Source of the DNA: Candidatus Bathyarchaeia archaeon
Lineage (GTDB): Archaea > Thermoproteota > Bathyarchaeia > 40CM-2-53-6
Direction of reading: 5' to 3'
Length of the DNA: 64,000 nucleotides
Assembly: GCA_049517415.1 (NCBI GenBank)
Contig: JBEKSC010000007.1
Coordinates: 29,887 to 93,886, forward strand
The notes under the pieces are model-generated. The model was not told where the DNA came from, did not search any database, and saw only the letters and a program-made list of their open reading frames with translations. Within the stretch, counting starts at the first letter, position 1, and the number at the start of each line of letters is the position of its first letter. A program made the translations under genes and the position numbers. This document shows, in pieces, positions 47,483 to 58,035 of this stretch.

Positions 47483-50400
47483 ATGAGAATCACGCTCTTG
47501 CTACTGCTAGTCTTGCTCCTGGTCTCCGAAGCTCCCAATTCTGCCCATTCGGATAATGTAGGCGATGTTAACCACTACACAGTCTCGCCCGGCAAATATG
47601 ACCTAACACTGGGCGCAGGATTCCCCGGCTTTGGCCCCGTCAAGTTGAGTTACCCGAACAGCAGCATACTGACTAATAGTGTCGGAGACCTACTGTTCAC
47701 TGTCACCTTGAATCCTCTCATGCTCAATCCAGTCTCCGCCCAAGTATCATCGTCGCTCTTTCCAAACCCCGAGGTTGAAGTGTGGGGTTCAGGCTTCTCG
47801 TCGAGTGACACCAGCTGCACTCTGTCAGGCCCAGTGGTCCCTGTCGTCCCTTGCAATATTTCAGGCGGCATTCTGACCGAATCGTTTAACGTTGCTGATG
47901 CTCCCGCAGGAGTATACACTATTACCGGAACCGGTAGCCCGACAGGCGATTACTCATCATCCACATTCACTGTCCTTCCGCCGTCACTTTTCCTCGAACC
48001 ATCTTCAGGTCCGGCCGGCATGACTGTCAGCGTCTCTGGGTTTGGGTTTTATTCGACTGATACTACCTGCACCTTGACAGGTGACCCCGTACCGACTCCT
48101 ACCACCTGCATTATTGCAGGTGGAGAGATAACCCCCTTCACATTTGTTGTTCCAATAGGAACTCCGACTGGCGCCTACACTATCGTCGCGACGACTAATC
48201 AGGATGATTCAGGTGAAGCTGTGGCTTCATTTACAGTTACAACTACGAGTTCTCCATACATCGCTCTCAATCCTTCCGGCAAGGACTACGGCTACGTTGG
48301 TGACACTGTCACTGTATCGGGTGCAGAATTCCAAAGCGCTGATTCGGCCTGCACTTTGAGTGGGAGCATTGTTACTGCGGTAACGCCCTGCTCTATTGCT
48401 GGTGGAGTTCTAGCTCCGGGGCTGCAGTTCACCGTGGGTAATGTGGCACCGGGTGTTTACACCATTAATGCGAGAGGAAACCCTGAAGGCGATTCGGCAA
48501 GGGCGAACTTTCAGGTCTTGCCTCCCCTCCTCCCTCCCTCGGTACCGATCTCGGTGACATTTTCAGTCGGCATCTACATCCCTCCGGACTTCGCGGGGCT
48601 GACGCTAGGCAACACTTGGACCAGCTTTACCAATAACTACGACCCACACGGTTTCTCGTTATCAAAACTGTCAAGTTCGGACCAAGTTGGCCCCGACTGG
48701 TGGGAAATCAGCCTCAGCAATATCACCGTAACTCACGACCCTAGCTCTTATTTGGCCCCACTGGTTGGACGTCGAATCTTCGTTGTAAACCAAGCCCAAT
48801 ACATCAGACTTTTCCAAGTTACATCTCCTTCCATTGCGGGACGCTACTTTTTCAAGGCTTTCATCAACGGAAAGTCAATAGGAGCCGAGAATTTCCCAAC
48901 GATAGTAGTCAAAGCCAGCAGGGACCCCGGATATATTTCCGGAGTTCTCAGAGATTCCGGAGAACACAACGCATCATTGAAAGGACAACCAATACAGCTA
49001 GCAAATGGGACAGGAGCCCGAGTGCTAGCTACCGGCTTTGACGATCTTGGTAATGCTGTTTCAGCTCAGGCGTACATCAACTCCACCGCACTTGGAAGTT
49101 ACACATTATTCGGAGTCGCTCCAGGCACCTACAACATCACCGCATATGCTGCCGGCTACATACCAGCAACTGACTATGTCAGAGTAAATGTCGGCCCCGC
49201 CCAATCACTTGAGGACGTAGACATCTACTTAACCGGAAGTGTCAAAATTACTGGAACAGTATTATCGGAAAATGCGGAAGGCACACCGATCCCTTGGGGA
49301 ACCCTGACCGGAGTCAGCCTCTTTGGAGGCTCAAGGAACGAAAATCGAGCAATTACCGTTGATGCTCTGAACCTAGATGGGAGCGTTGCGGCGTCCACTG
49401 CTGCGCCTTTTGGTGAATTGCAAAACACGGACCCAAGTTCGACAACTTTCAATTTTGCAATTCAACAAATCGGGTTTGACGGGCGAATCCCCCAAGACTA
49501 TGCCAATTACACGTCCGGGTTGACACAGGGTGACTATTTGCTCTATGCCTATGTCACCTCCTACGTCCAGCTGGAAGAGGTTAGGGTGCACGTAGATAAC
49601 GAGACCATCCAAACTTTTTCCATGATACCTCTCATCAGAACTGGCACATTCATTGTTACAGTGCATTTCAGAAATGAAAACGGAACCATAGGGCCAGATG
49701 AAATTGCCGTCCCCGCAACGCTGACTGTCTCAGCGTACGGGCCTAGCGGGAGACTTAGTGCACAAAATGTAACCTTCGTTCCAGCAGGCGCGACTGAAGC
49801 TACGGTGGAACTCCAAGGATTCAGTAACACTAGAAGCTTTGGAATCAGGTCACTTTTCTCACAGAACTATGGGCTTCTGCCAGGGACATATCAAATCATC
49901 GCTAGCGTGTCCTCATCGCCAACTATAGCCGGAAATGCCAACCTCGGCATTAGAGACTTTTACTACCAGATGACGAACGTCTACGCAACCATAGGCCTGG
50001 GCGATGCTGTCGTAAGCATCAGCCTACCTGTGTACAAGGCCGGCGGAATACTGCTTACGATCTTCTCTATCGACGACCAGACCCCATGGATAGGTGGACC
50101 GTGGAATTATAACGCAAAAACGATCAACGTTATGATCATCGGGTCAGATGGCGAGATCTACCGAGCGAACGTAACGCAACTTGGGGGCCAAACGAACGTA
50201 AATTTCGCTTACGTAGGCTTGAAGACCGACAGTTACTCTGTTTTTGTTCAAACACTTGGGTACACCCAAAGTGAAATAATTCATCTGAATGTTGAGTTGG
50301 GCGGAAATAGCGATGCCCCGGTGTGGATGATTGAGAACCCAGTAATTGACCTTGACTTGGCTTTCACGCATGAGACACTACTTTCAAACATCACGTCAAC

Positions 50401-51163
50401 TCTACCCTTCGCACAACCAATCAACCACATAGACGCCACTCCAGTACGTTTAGAGGTATTCGACCAACTTGGAAATTTCGTTGCAGCAAATGCCACCTAC
50501 GTTCCCAACAATACTACGATCGCGCATTTCACGCTGGCCGGTTTCGACCTATACTACGGCGATCCACGTTATGTTTGGTCAGGTTTCTATGATACTACGG
50601 AGGGTACCAGTCAAAGCCCAGGGGGCTTAGTCTTGTATCCGTGGAGCGACCTGCCCCGCGAGTACACTGTCAGGATATGGGTCGATGGATATTATCAGGA
50701 AAACCGATTGCAAGTACTCGTGCCGACGCGGGAGAGAGGGAACGTTTCAGTTGTGCAGCCCCTGGATAGAGCCACTAGGATAGCTGGGAACATTGCAGGC
50801 CCGGACATTTTCGAATTCGCAAGGCCTCTCTCGTGGGCTACCATAACCCTCCAACCAAACGATTACACGTTGACCAGAATCATTGATGTTGCACCAGGAA
50901 ATTACACGACGTACAGTCTTGACGGCTCATTCCAATTGTGGGTGCCGGAAGGAAGCTACGGAATGGGTGTGTCACTTGGAGGTTACTCTTCGTACTCGGC
51001 TAAAATTGAAGTTGCTCCGGGCTCAGACATCAACATGTGGATTTGGCTAGACAACTATCAGCCATCGCTAATTGCAAATGCATTCGGGTTCCAAGGCGAT
51101 ACTCTGGTGCAGGTAGCTGGAACTACAAGGCATCAATACGACAGACTATGTCTTGCAATCTGA
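47483..51163 (+). CDS. Large secreted protein with three Cys-paired Ig-like repeats and carboxypeptidase-regulatory-like domains
   Basis: Signal peptide; GVAPGTYNITAYAAGY and VPEGSYGM motifs. Confidence 0.8.
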   Translation: MRITLLLLLVLLLVSEAPNSAHSDNVGDVNHYTVSPGKYDLTLGAGFPGFGPVKLSYPNSSILTNSVGDLLFTVTLNPLMLNPVSAQVSSSLFPNPEVEVWGSGFSSSDTSCTLSGPVVPVVPCNISGGILTESFNVADAPAGVYTITGTGSPTGDYSSSTFTVLPPSLFLEPSSGPAGMTVSVSGFGFYSTDTTCTLTGDPVPTPTTCIIAGGEITPFTFVVPIGTPTGAYTIVATTNQDDSGEAVASFTVTTTSSPYIALNPSGKDYGYVGDTVTVSGAEFQSADSACTLSGSIVTAVTPCSIAGGVLAPGLQFTVGNVAPGVYTINARGNPEGDSARANFQVLPPLLPPSVPISVTFSVGIYIPPDFAGLTLGNTWTSFTNNYDPHGFSLSKLSSSDQVGPDWWEISLSNITVTHDPSSYLAPLVGRRIFVVNQAQYIRLFQVTSPSIAGRYFFKAFINGKSIGAENFPTIVVKASRDPGYISGVLRDSGEHNASLKGQPIQLANGTGARVLATGFDDLGNAVSAQAYINSTALGSYTLFGVAPGTYNITAYAAGYIPATDYVRVNVGPAQSLEDVDIYLTGSVKITGTVLSENAEGTPIPWGTLTGVSLFGGSRNENRAITVDALNLDGSVAASTAAPFGELQNTDPSSTTFNFAIQQIGFDGRIPQDYANYTSGLTQGDYLLYAYVTSYVQLEEVRVHVDNETIQTFSMIPLIRTGTFIVTVHFRNENGTIGPDEIAVPATLTVSAYGPSGRLSAQNVTFVPAGATEATVELQGFSNTRSFGIRSLFSQNYGLLPGTYQIIASVSSSPTIAGNANLGIRDFYYQMTNVYATIGLGDAVVSISLPVYKAGGILLTIFSIDDQTPWIGGPWNYNAKTINVMIIGSDGEIYRANVTQLGGQTNVNFAYVGLKTDSYSVFVQTLGYTQSEIIHLNVELGGNSDAPVWMIENPVIDLDLAFTHETLLSNITSTLPFAQPINHIDATPVRLEVFDQLGNFVAANATYVPNNTTIAHFTLAGFDLYYGDPRYVWSGFYDTTEGTSQSPGGLVLYPWSDLPREYTVRIWVDGYYQENRLQVLVPTRERGNVSVVQPLDRATRIAGNIAGPDIFEFARPLSWATITLQPNDYTLTRIIDVAPGNYTTYSLDGSFQLWVPEGSYGMGVSLGGYSSYSAKIEVAPGSDINMWIWLDNYQPSLIANAFGFQGDTLVQVAGTTRHQYDRLCLAI

Positions 51164-51316
51164 ATTGGACTCTGTTTACGGATGAAAAACATGAGTTTTA
51201 TTGTTGATTTTCTTGGAACGGGGCGAACCAGTCGAGGAACCTGTCGAATCTGATGACTCTCGGAGAATTACCCCCTAAGCAAAGCCGGGAATTGTTAGGA
51301 TAGGTGATGTGTTCAG

Positions 51317-52963
51317 ATGGCTCGGCAACTGCGACTTTTGCTGTCCGTTTTCGTTTCAGGCGCCGTAGTCATGGCACTTGAGCTGCTTGGAAGTAGGTTA
51401 CTCGCCCCGGTCTTTGGCAATTCGATTTTTGTCTGGGGCAGCCTCATCGGCGTCGTTCTTGCCGCTCTGAGCACTGGGTATTACTTAGGTGGGAAAGTTG
51501 CTGACCTGAAGCCAGATTTCCAAGTCCTTTCAACCGTGATTTTTGTCGCAGGCCTGCTTGTCATGGGCTTGCCGGCGCTCGCGCCACCTCTGTTTGACTG
51601 GATCGTCAAGCTGAGTATTGGGGATAGGTATTCGCCGCTTCTAGCCACGGTAGCTCTGCTTGGGCTCCCAAGCGTTTTGTTGGGCATGGTCTCTCCTTTT
51701 GCGATTCGCCTCGCAGCAAAAAGCTTCGAGCAATTGGGAAAAGCTTCAGGAAATCTCTACGCGCTCTCGACGCTCGGTAGCATAGTAGGCACTTTCCTTA
51801 CGGTTTTCGTCCTAATACCAGAATTTGGCGTGAACAAAATCATACTCAGCCTGGGAGTAACCCTGTTGGTTGTTGCGTTTCTTGGGCTTGGGTTTCGGAT
51901 GAAAGTGTTCATTCTTCTTCTGCTCTTGGTCCTACCACTTGCGGCCCCCTACATGGTTAGCCGCAGATTAACAGTCGCCGCGTACACCTTGGCGCTTGGC
52001 GACACAATCTACGAAACTGATACGCCATATCATCACTTGATTGTAGCCGACGCTTACGACCCCGTGCACCAATCGACCGTCCGCTACCTGATCCTTGATG
52101 ACAACTTACATAGCGCTATGGACTTGAAGAATCCCAACCGCACAGTCTTCGAATACACGGATTACTTCAACCTCGGGTTCCTGCTTAGTTCGAATGTCAC
52201 TCGAGTATTGTTCATCGGCGGCGGTGGTTTTACCGGCCCTAAAGCGTTTCTTAACGATTATCCAAACGTTTCAGTCTATGTGGCCGAAATCGACCCGGAA
52301 GTTATTCGAGTCGCCGAAGAATATTTCGCAGTGAACGCCAGCAACCCTAGACTACATATTTACAACGAAGATGGCCGCATCTTCCTCCAAGAGAACCCCC
52401 AGAAATATGACTTAATGGTCTTGGATGCGTATTCGAAAAGTTACGTACCATTTCACTTGATGACCACCGAGTTCTTCGACGAAGTTGCCTCCCACCTGAC
52501 CAGCGGGGGAAGCGTAATTTCCAACCTCATCGCCGGAACCTCCGGAGGCCAAGCACAGCTGCTTATGGCAGAGGTTAGAACTATGAGCACAGTTTTCCCG
52601 AATGTCTACATTTTCGCAGTTAAAGGGGCTGATTACCAAGACCCCCAGAATGTCATAATACTTGGAACACTGCTCCCCAACCACTTGACTAAAGTCGACT
52701 TTACAAATCTAGCAGCAAACACGGCAACTCCCAAAATACCCGCTAATTATGTCAAGAACTACTTCATCCTAGACACAAGTAATGCACCCGTCCTCACCGA
52801 TGACTACGCACCAGTTGAGAATCTGCTCAACCCACTAACAGGACAAAACCTCACGAGCGACAACCAATCAACAATTAACTGGAATGAAGTGGAAACTTTA
52901 ACCGCGGCTGTCTCAGTAATCGCGGTAGTCTTCTTGGTTCTCGTTAAGAAGAGAGTCTTCTAG
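51317..52963 (+). CDS. Fused membrane domain/spermidine synthase-like methyltransferase
   Basis: SG..VM.LE..GSR.LAP.FG N-terminus; LFIGGGG, EIDPEV, DGR.FL, LDAYS, LTDDYAPVE. Confidence 0.9.
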   Translation: MARQLRLLLSVFVSGAVVMALELLGSRLLAPVFGNSIFVWGSLIGVVLAALSTGYYLGGKVADLKPDFQVLSTVIFVAGLLVMGLPALAPPLFDWIVKLSIGDRYSPLLATVALLGLPSVLLGMVSPFAIRLAAKSFEQLGKASGNLYALSTLGSIVGTFLTVFVLIPEFGVNKIILSLGVTLLVVAFLGLGFRMKVFILLLLLVLPLAAPYMVSRRLTVAAYTLALGDTIYETDTPYHHLIVADAYDPVHQSTVRYLILDDNLHSAMDLKNPNRTVFEYTDYFNLGFLLSSNVTRVLFIGGGGFTGPKAFLNDYPNVSVYVAEIDPEVIRVAEEYFAVNASNPRLHIYNEDGRIFLQENPQKYDLMVLDAYSKSYVPFHLMTTEFFDEVASHLTSGGSVISNLIAGTSGGQAQLLMAEVRTMSTVFPNVYIFAVKGADYQDPQNVIILGTLLPNHLTKVDFTNLAANTATPKIPANYVKNYFILDTSNAPVLTDDYAPVENLLNPLTGQNLTSDNQSTINWNEVETLTAAVSVIAVVFLVLVKKRVF

Positions 52964-52999
52964 CGAAGGCGTTTAACGCTGGCTATGGGTCGTTAGCGC

Positions 53000-55372
53000 T
53001 CATTTCCGCATTATGTTTCTGACAAGTCGGTCGTAAACTCGCAGTTTCTCAAGCCCCGCTTTGATGCCTACTTCCGCTTCAGGCATACTGTGCTTCCCAA
53101 AGAAGCTCTCAACTTCCTGAATTCTGCCGACCCCTAAGACAGGTATTATTGTAATGAATAGCCCGGAAAGGGCACCTGTATTGGAGTACATCGCCCGAAC
53201 CTTCTCTATGTTAGATTGCAGCCAGTTCCAGGTGATACGTGCAGTATGTGGTTTCTCAGTTGCGGCGAGAATTACTCCTATGACGTCTTGCCTTTTGACT
53301 TCCCCACTTAGGGCGAACTCCAATGTCTTTTGGAGTAATCCCTGGTCGGTGAAGGATGTCATCGCGCTAAGAAACTTGACTTTGTCCTCGTCGGAGTTGC
53401 TCTGTCTATAGGCCTTTACGAGGCCATCGTAATCGTTTGTGGACCTAGCGTAAGCTAATGCTACAGCTTGCTTCATGTCAGGTAGTGCCTTATAGAAATC
53501 GGTGAAATCCTTACCTATCTTGGAGGCATAGCCATCATCGACTAATGCCAGGCGGCAGGCCATTTTGCCTCGAGCGAGCAGGCTGATCTTGTCGTCCTTG
53601 CCTTCCAGTAACTCCAACTGGACCAGATGAAATGCTTTTGAGATTTCCATGATTTCAGAAGGAGCCAGAGCGTACAGGAGCTCGAGCTGGTCTGATACTT
53701 CTCCAGCGGGAAGTGTTTCGCGCTCCTTACTGAAACGCTCTAGTACTTTTAGATACTCATTGAAAGTCAACTTTCCTGAAATCAGAAACAAGAATGAATC
53801 GAATACTATGCCCCATTTATCAAATGGCGAAAGGTTGCTGGTCCAAACAAGGTCGTCAAGGCCCAGATAGTGAACCAAGTAGAAACCGGTGCGGTCAGGG
53901 TTTATTCTTAGGGATATGAGGGGTTTGGTGTCAATTATTTTCTCCGCGCCGTCCATCAATATGCTTCGTGCCTCTCCATTCAATTCAATCACCAATGGCA
54001 ACGGCCAAATCGCATTCTTGGAACCCTCCGAGATGAGAAAACGTTCCTGAGTCAAGCTTAGCTTCCCGTCACGATATGAGGCAGTGACAACAGGATAACC
54101 AGGTTGCTTCACCCAACGAGACATCATCTGCTTCACTGGCTTCCCGGAAGTATCCTCAAGAGCAGACCAGAGATCGTCTCCTGTAGCGTTAGAGTAGGCG
54201 TGAGCGGAGAGGTAACGGCTTATCCCTTGCCTAAATGCGTCTTCTCCAATGTACGCTTCGAGCATCTGAAGAACGTGAGCACCTTTGCCATAGCTAATGG
54301 CGTCGAAAATCTGTTCGATTTCATCGGGAGAACTTACCGGAACTTGGATGGGGTGAGTGTTCATCAAAGAATCTCTAGTTAGCGCTCCTGCGAGCGCTTC
54401 AACCTTTGGCTCTCCGTTGAAGAAGTTATCCCAGATCTTCCAGTCTGGATGAATCGAGTTCAGCGCCTTATACGCCATAAATGTTGCAAAACTTTCGTTA
54501 AGCCAGATATCATCCCACCACTTCATCGTAACTAAGTCTCCAAACCACTGATGAGCAAGCTCATGAGCCAAACCCATCGACACGCGCATCTTTGTCTTTG
54601 TGCTCGTTCTTGAATCTACAAACAACATGACCTCACGAAAAGTAATCGCTCCCCAATTCTCCATAGCCCCCGCCGCGAACTCAGGAACGCCGATCAAGTG
54701 TACCTTAGGAAGCGAATAGGGCAAGTTATAGTAGGAATTGAAGAATTGAATTGCACTACACGCTTCGTCTTGCGCGAATTTTCCAAGCTTTGCCTTTCCT
54801 GGAACGGTCGCTAGGATTATGTCAGTCATCCCAAGTTTCACGGTTTGCGTTTCGAACCTGCCAACTCCAAGGTAGAGAAGATATGTCGACATCCGCGGCG
54901 TCTTCTCAAAAGTGACTAGTTTCTCCTCCCCATCGTTGTCCACAGAACGGACGGGCATGTTCGAGATCGCCTCTAGGTCTCTGCTTATTCTTACGGCGAG
55001 TTTGAATTCGGCCTTAATGTCGGGCCGATCGACGCATGGGAACATTCGCCTCGCTTGAGCCGCTTCAAAATGTGTGGTTATAATGTGCGTATGGTCATAG
55101 GGAGCCCTGTAAATCCCAGCCAACAAATCGGGGATGGAACCTGCATAATCTAAATGCAACGTCCCGTCAAATGGCCCTGTCTCGACAACCAGGTCCTCTC
55201 CTTTCTGTCTGAAGGAAAAACTGCGTTTCCCTGAACTCACACTCGATATGTTTAGACCAACCGAGTTCAGAACCACATCTTGCTCTGCGTTCAGCTTGAT
55301 AAGCAGTCGTCCCTTGAATTTCAACTCCTCAAAATCAATGTCGAGCAGCAGATTGTAATCTGCAACTTCCAC
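53000..55372 (-). CDS. M1 family aminopeptidase (tricorn-interacting factor F2/F3-like)
   Basis: GAMENWG, HELAHQW..NES, YGKG; ERAP1-like C-terminal region. Confidence 0.95.
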   Translation of the reverse strand: MEVADYNLLLDIDFEELKFKGRLLIKLNAEQDVVLNSVGLNISSVSSGKRSFSFRQKGEDLVVETGPFDGTLHLDYAGSIPDLLAGIYRAPYDHTHIITTHFEAAQARRMFPCVDRPDIKAEFKLAVRISRDLEAISNMPVRSVDNDGEEKLVTFEKTPRMSTYLLYLGVGRFETQTVKLGMTDIILATVPGKAKLGKFAQDEACSAIQFFNSYYNLPYSLPKVHLIGVPEFAAGAMENWGAITFREVMLFVDSRTSTKTKMRVSMGLAHELAHQWFGDLVTMKWWDDIWLNESFATFMAYKALNSIHPDWKIWDNFFNGEPKVEALAGALTRDSLMNTHPIQVPVSSPDEIEQIFDAISYGKGAHVLQMLEAYIGEDAFRQGISRYLSAHAYSNATGDDLWSALEDTSGKPVKQMMSRWVKQPGYPVVTASYRDGKLSLTQERFLISEGSKNAIWPLPLVIELNGEARSILMDGAEKIIDTKPLISLRINPDRTGFYLVHYLGLDDLVWTSNLSPFDKWGIVFDSFLFLISGKLTFNEYLKVLERFSKERETLPAGEVSDQLELLYALAPSEIMEISKAFHLVQLELLEGKDDKISLLARGKMACRLALVDDGYASKIGKDFTDFYKALPDMKQAVALAYARSTNDYDGLVKAYRQSNSDEDKVKFLSAMTSFTDQGLLQKTLEFALSGEVKRQDVIGVILAATEKPHTARITWNWLQSNIEKVRAMYSNTGALSGLFITIIPVLGVGRIQEVESFFGKHSMPEAEVGIKAGLEKLRVYDRLVRNIMRK

Positions 55373-55572
55373 GAAAACACACCTTGCCAGCTGGGAACGC
55401 GGCAGACCTAAGTAACCTTTTCCAGACCCTAAACGCTACAATGAAGTTGCTAAAATGGGACCGAGATTCTTTCGGTTCCTAGTCGAATTACGTTCCCCTG
55501 ACGCCTTTCTTTGTTTGCAATCTGAACGGCTGGTTTGAATTACACGAAAGAGCCGCGACCCAAATTCATTCG

Positions 55573-55683
55573 TTAGAATGCTGAGAGAGTGAAATAGACT
55601 GCAACTGTAAGTAGAACGAGGCCGAAAGTCCGTTTCACATTCATTTGACTTAGTCGCTTGGACCCGAAATGACTCCCAAGTTG
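55573..55683 (-). pseudogene. Orphan 3' end of a TauE/SafE-like permease, copy 1
   Basis: QLGSHFGSKRLSQMNVKRTFGLVLLTVAVYFTLSAF*. Confidence 0.55.
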
Positions 55684-55967
55684 AAGAGTGCGCACTTTCT
55701 TGGACTGTAGGTCACGAATCTTCGATGGAACCACAGCTAAACGAACAGATTCGTCGCCTTAAGAAAAACACTTATGCCTATCTCCTTGCCGCTTGAGGAA
55801 TTCCTGAAAAGGCATGATATGCAGCTTCAAAATTTGTTCTAGTAGGAAAGCCGCGTCCGACGAAGATATAGCTGGTGCGCACAACAACAAGGAAAACGAC
55901 GACGGTAGGAACGACGGAACGGGGGTATCCAGAAAACTTTTTTCCGCATCCAGACGTTCCGTAATGC

Positions 55968-56549
55968 ATGAAGGTTTTTCCAATTCCTTGGGGAGAGGCG
56001 TTGGAAGGTTGCAGACTTGCTGCCGAGAACGCGGAGAGACTGGCTGAGGACTCTCGGGTGCTTGGGCGAAACAATAGAGTACAGTCCGCTTACGCAGTCA
56101 GCCTCGACGCTTGGGAAGAACTCGGAAAGGCGGTTCTTCTATTCCGGTACTTCAAACAAAAGGAAGACATTTCCCTGGAAGACTGGCGTCAGATTCTGCG
56201 AGACCACAAACACAAGCGAGTAGCGTGGGTTCACAGTATGGATCTTCTCTATGGAGAGACTCCTTCAAAGCCGGTGCTGCAGTTGAAAGATGCTTTGGAA
56301 AGGGCTATCAATGAGGAAGATTGGGGGAAGTGGTTTGATCTTGAAAGAGAGATCGGAGTCTATGTGGACTGGCTTGACCTGAAAGAGCATTGGCGATCCC
56401 CATGCCAGATTGATAAGGCATTGTTTCATGCGGTTCCGTTCGATTCTGAGTATTGGACTGTGGCCGCGATATTTCAGTGTAAGCATTTCCGAGAAATCAT
56501 AGAGGGAGAGAGAAGAGAAATGGCAGCTAAGATGGCAATTTCGCAATGA
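55968..56549 (+). CDS. AbiV family abortive-infection protein
   Basis: ENAERL.ED..L....R..SA.A....A.EELGKA; HKHK; RE...YVD. Confidence 0.8.
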   Translation: MKVFPIPWGEALEGCRLAAENAERLAEDSRVLGRNNRVQSAYAVSLDAWEELGKAVLLFRYFKQKEDISLEDWRQILRDHKHKRVAWVHSMDLLYGETPSKPVLQLKDALERAINEEDWGKWFDLEREIGVYVDWLDLKEHWRSPCQIDKALFHAVPFDSEYWTVAAIFQCKHFREIIEGERREMAAKMAISQ

Positions 56550-56890
56550 GCAACAGAAAACGACGGCTCGCACAAACTCGTAAAGCGTAATTTTGTGGTC
56601 AGATCCTCGGCGATAATATGACAATTCTGGCTGTCATCACATATAACTAACCTTCATCCCTGCTCCTCCAACAGTCAGTGAACCCTGAAAGTGGACTTGA
56701 TTAGTGGAGAGTAGGACGAAGGTAATTCAGCGGCCATCACAGACTTAACCCCGTACAATAAGCCCTATATCGACCCCTTATGCTATTCCTTGTTGATGTG
56801 ATGGCTTCATGGGAAGCGGTGGCGGCAGTGGTGGCGGCGGCGGTGGCGGCGGTGGCACCGGCCCTAGCTAAAACGGACTAAATCATATCG

Positions 56891-57625
56891 TTGCCGTTGA
56901 AAGGGTGTGGGGAAGTGGCAGACCTTGGGATGGATGAAATTAGGCGTCTGCCTCCTGAAAAAATTAATGTGAAGCAGTGTGAACTAACTACAACAATCCT
57001 ACCGAAGCTCGATAAGGTAAAATACTCATATTCCTTCGAACTCGAAGTTCAAGGAGATTCATTACCAAGTTATTGGTCCCATTTCATAGAGCAGAAGAGC
57101 GACACTGTCTCTTCTCTCGTAGCCAGAGACGATCAAGGTGGCCTGAAATCAGAATGGGACGGTCATTGGATCAAGATCTATTATAGGGATGCTGCTAGGC
57201 AGAAGAAGTTGCACTTCGAATATGAAGTCCCCTCTAGACTAACACTTGTGCGACAATTTACCAAGCACGTGTACGTCCACCAAGACTGGGTAACCTTTAC
57301 TGATCCCGTTTCAACAGTCACAGTCACCCTACAGCCACCGACTGGCGCACACATCCGCAGTTGCCAACCACCCATGGATTCTGAAGGCAAGATTCGGTAT
57401 GATCGCCTTGAACCTTACATTCCACTCAATTACAGCATGATTTTTGACATCAGCAGAATACCTGTTGCCATTATCGTATCGTTGCTCGGTGTACTATTTA
57501 CTGTTTTGATTGCAGATTTACTATCTGCCTTGCTGACCGCCTATTCTTTAGGCCCGTTGGTGGCGGGGTTTTCGGCTATCGTGGTAGGAGTAACAATAGC
57601 AATGCTTTACTTGAAAGCAAGATAG
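56891..57625 (+). CDS. Hypothetical protein, beta-rich domain plus two C-terminal TM
   Basis: 244-aa ORF; start uncertain. Confidence 0.65.
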   Translation: MPLKGCGEVADLGMDEIRRLPPEKINVKQCELTTTILPKLDKVKYSYSFELEVQGDSLPSYWSHFIEQKSDTVSSLVARDDQGGLKSEWDGHWIKIYYRDAARQKKLHFEYEVPSRLTLVRQFTKHVYVHQDWVTFTDPVSTVTVTLQPPTGAHIRSCQPPMDSEGKIRYDRLEPYIPLNYSMIFDISRIPVAIIVSLLGVLFTVLIADLLSALLTAYSLGPLVAGFSAIVVGVTIAMLYLKAR

Positions 57626-57815
57626 CTGATCCGGTTAATGCCTGAAGAGTAGCACTAGAATTACGTTCGCGGTTTATTCGAACTGAGCTTAGCTGTTAGA
57701 CCCGACCGACCAGCGGGCAGCTACTATGAATACGGGTGAGCTGGCGCCGTTCTTTGTTTGCAATCTGAGCGGTTGGCTTCTGCGCACGCAAAGAGCCGCG
57801 AGTCACATTCATTCG

Positions 57816-57926
57816 TTACAGTGCTGAGAGAGGAATGCAGGCACCAACCGTAAGCAGAACGAGGCCGATGGTCCGTTTCACATTCGTTTTACTTAGCCGG
57901 TAGGACTCGGAACGGCTCCCTAGTTG
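57816..57926 (-). pseudogene. Orphan 3' end of a TauE/SafE-like permease, copy 2
   Basis: QLGSRSESYRLSKTNVKRTIGLVLLTVGACIPLSAL*; gapless match to copy 1 at offset 2243. Confidence 0.5.
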
Positions 57927-58035
57927 GACTGCCACAATGAAAACGGGAATACTCAAGCAAGGCTTGATTTGACAACTGATCGTAGGGTACTATTTACTGG
58001 ATGCAAAAGAGATCGCTGGTTGGAGTGTGCGGCAT

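Noticed and set aside
51250..51270. Hammerhead-like CTGATGA core
   Set aside because: No GAAA after stem II and no stems I/III.
55498..57926. Paired ~186-bp repeats as a structured ncRNA or MITE
   Set aside because: No terminal inverted repeats or TSD; the substitution pattern fits a minus-strand coding remnant better.
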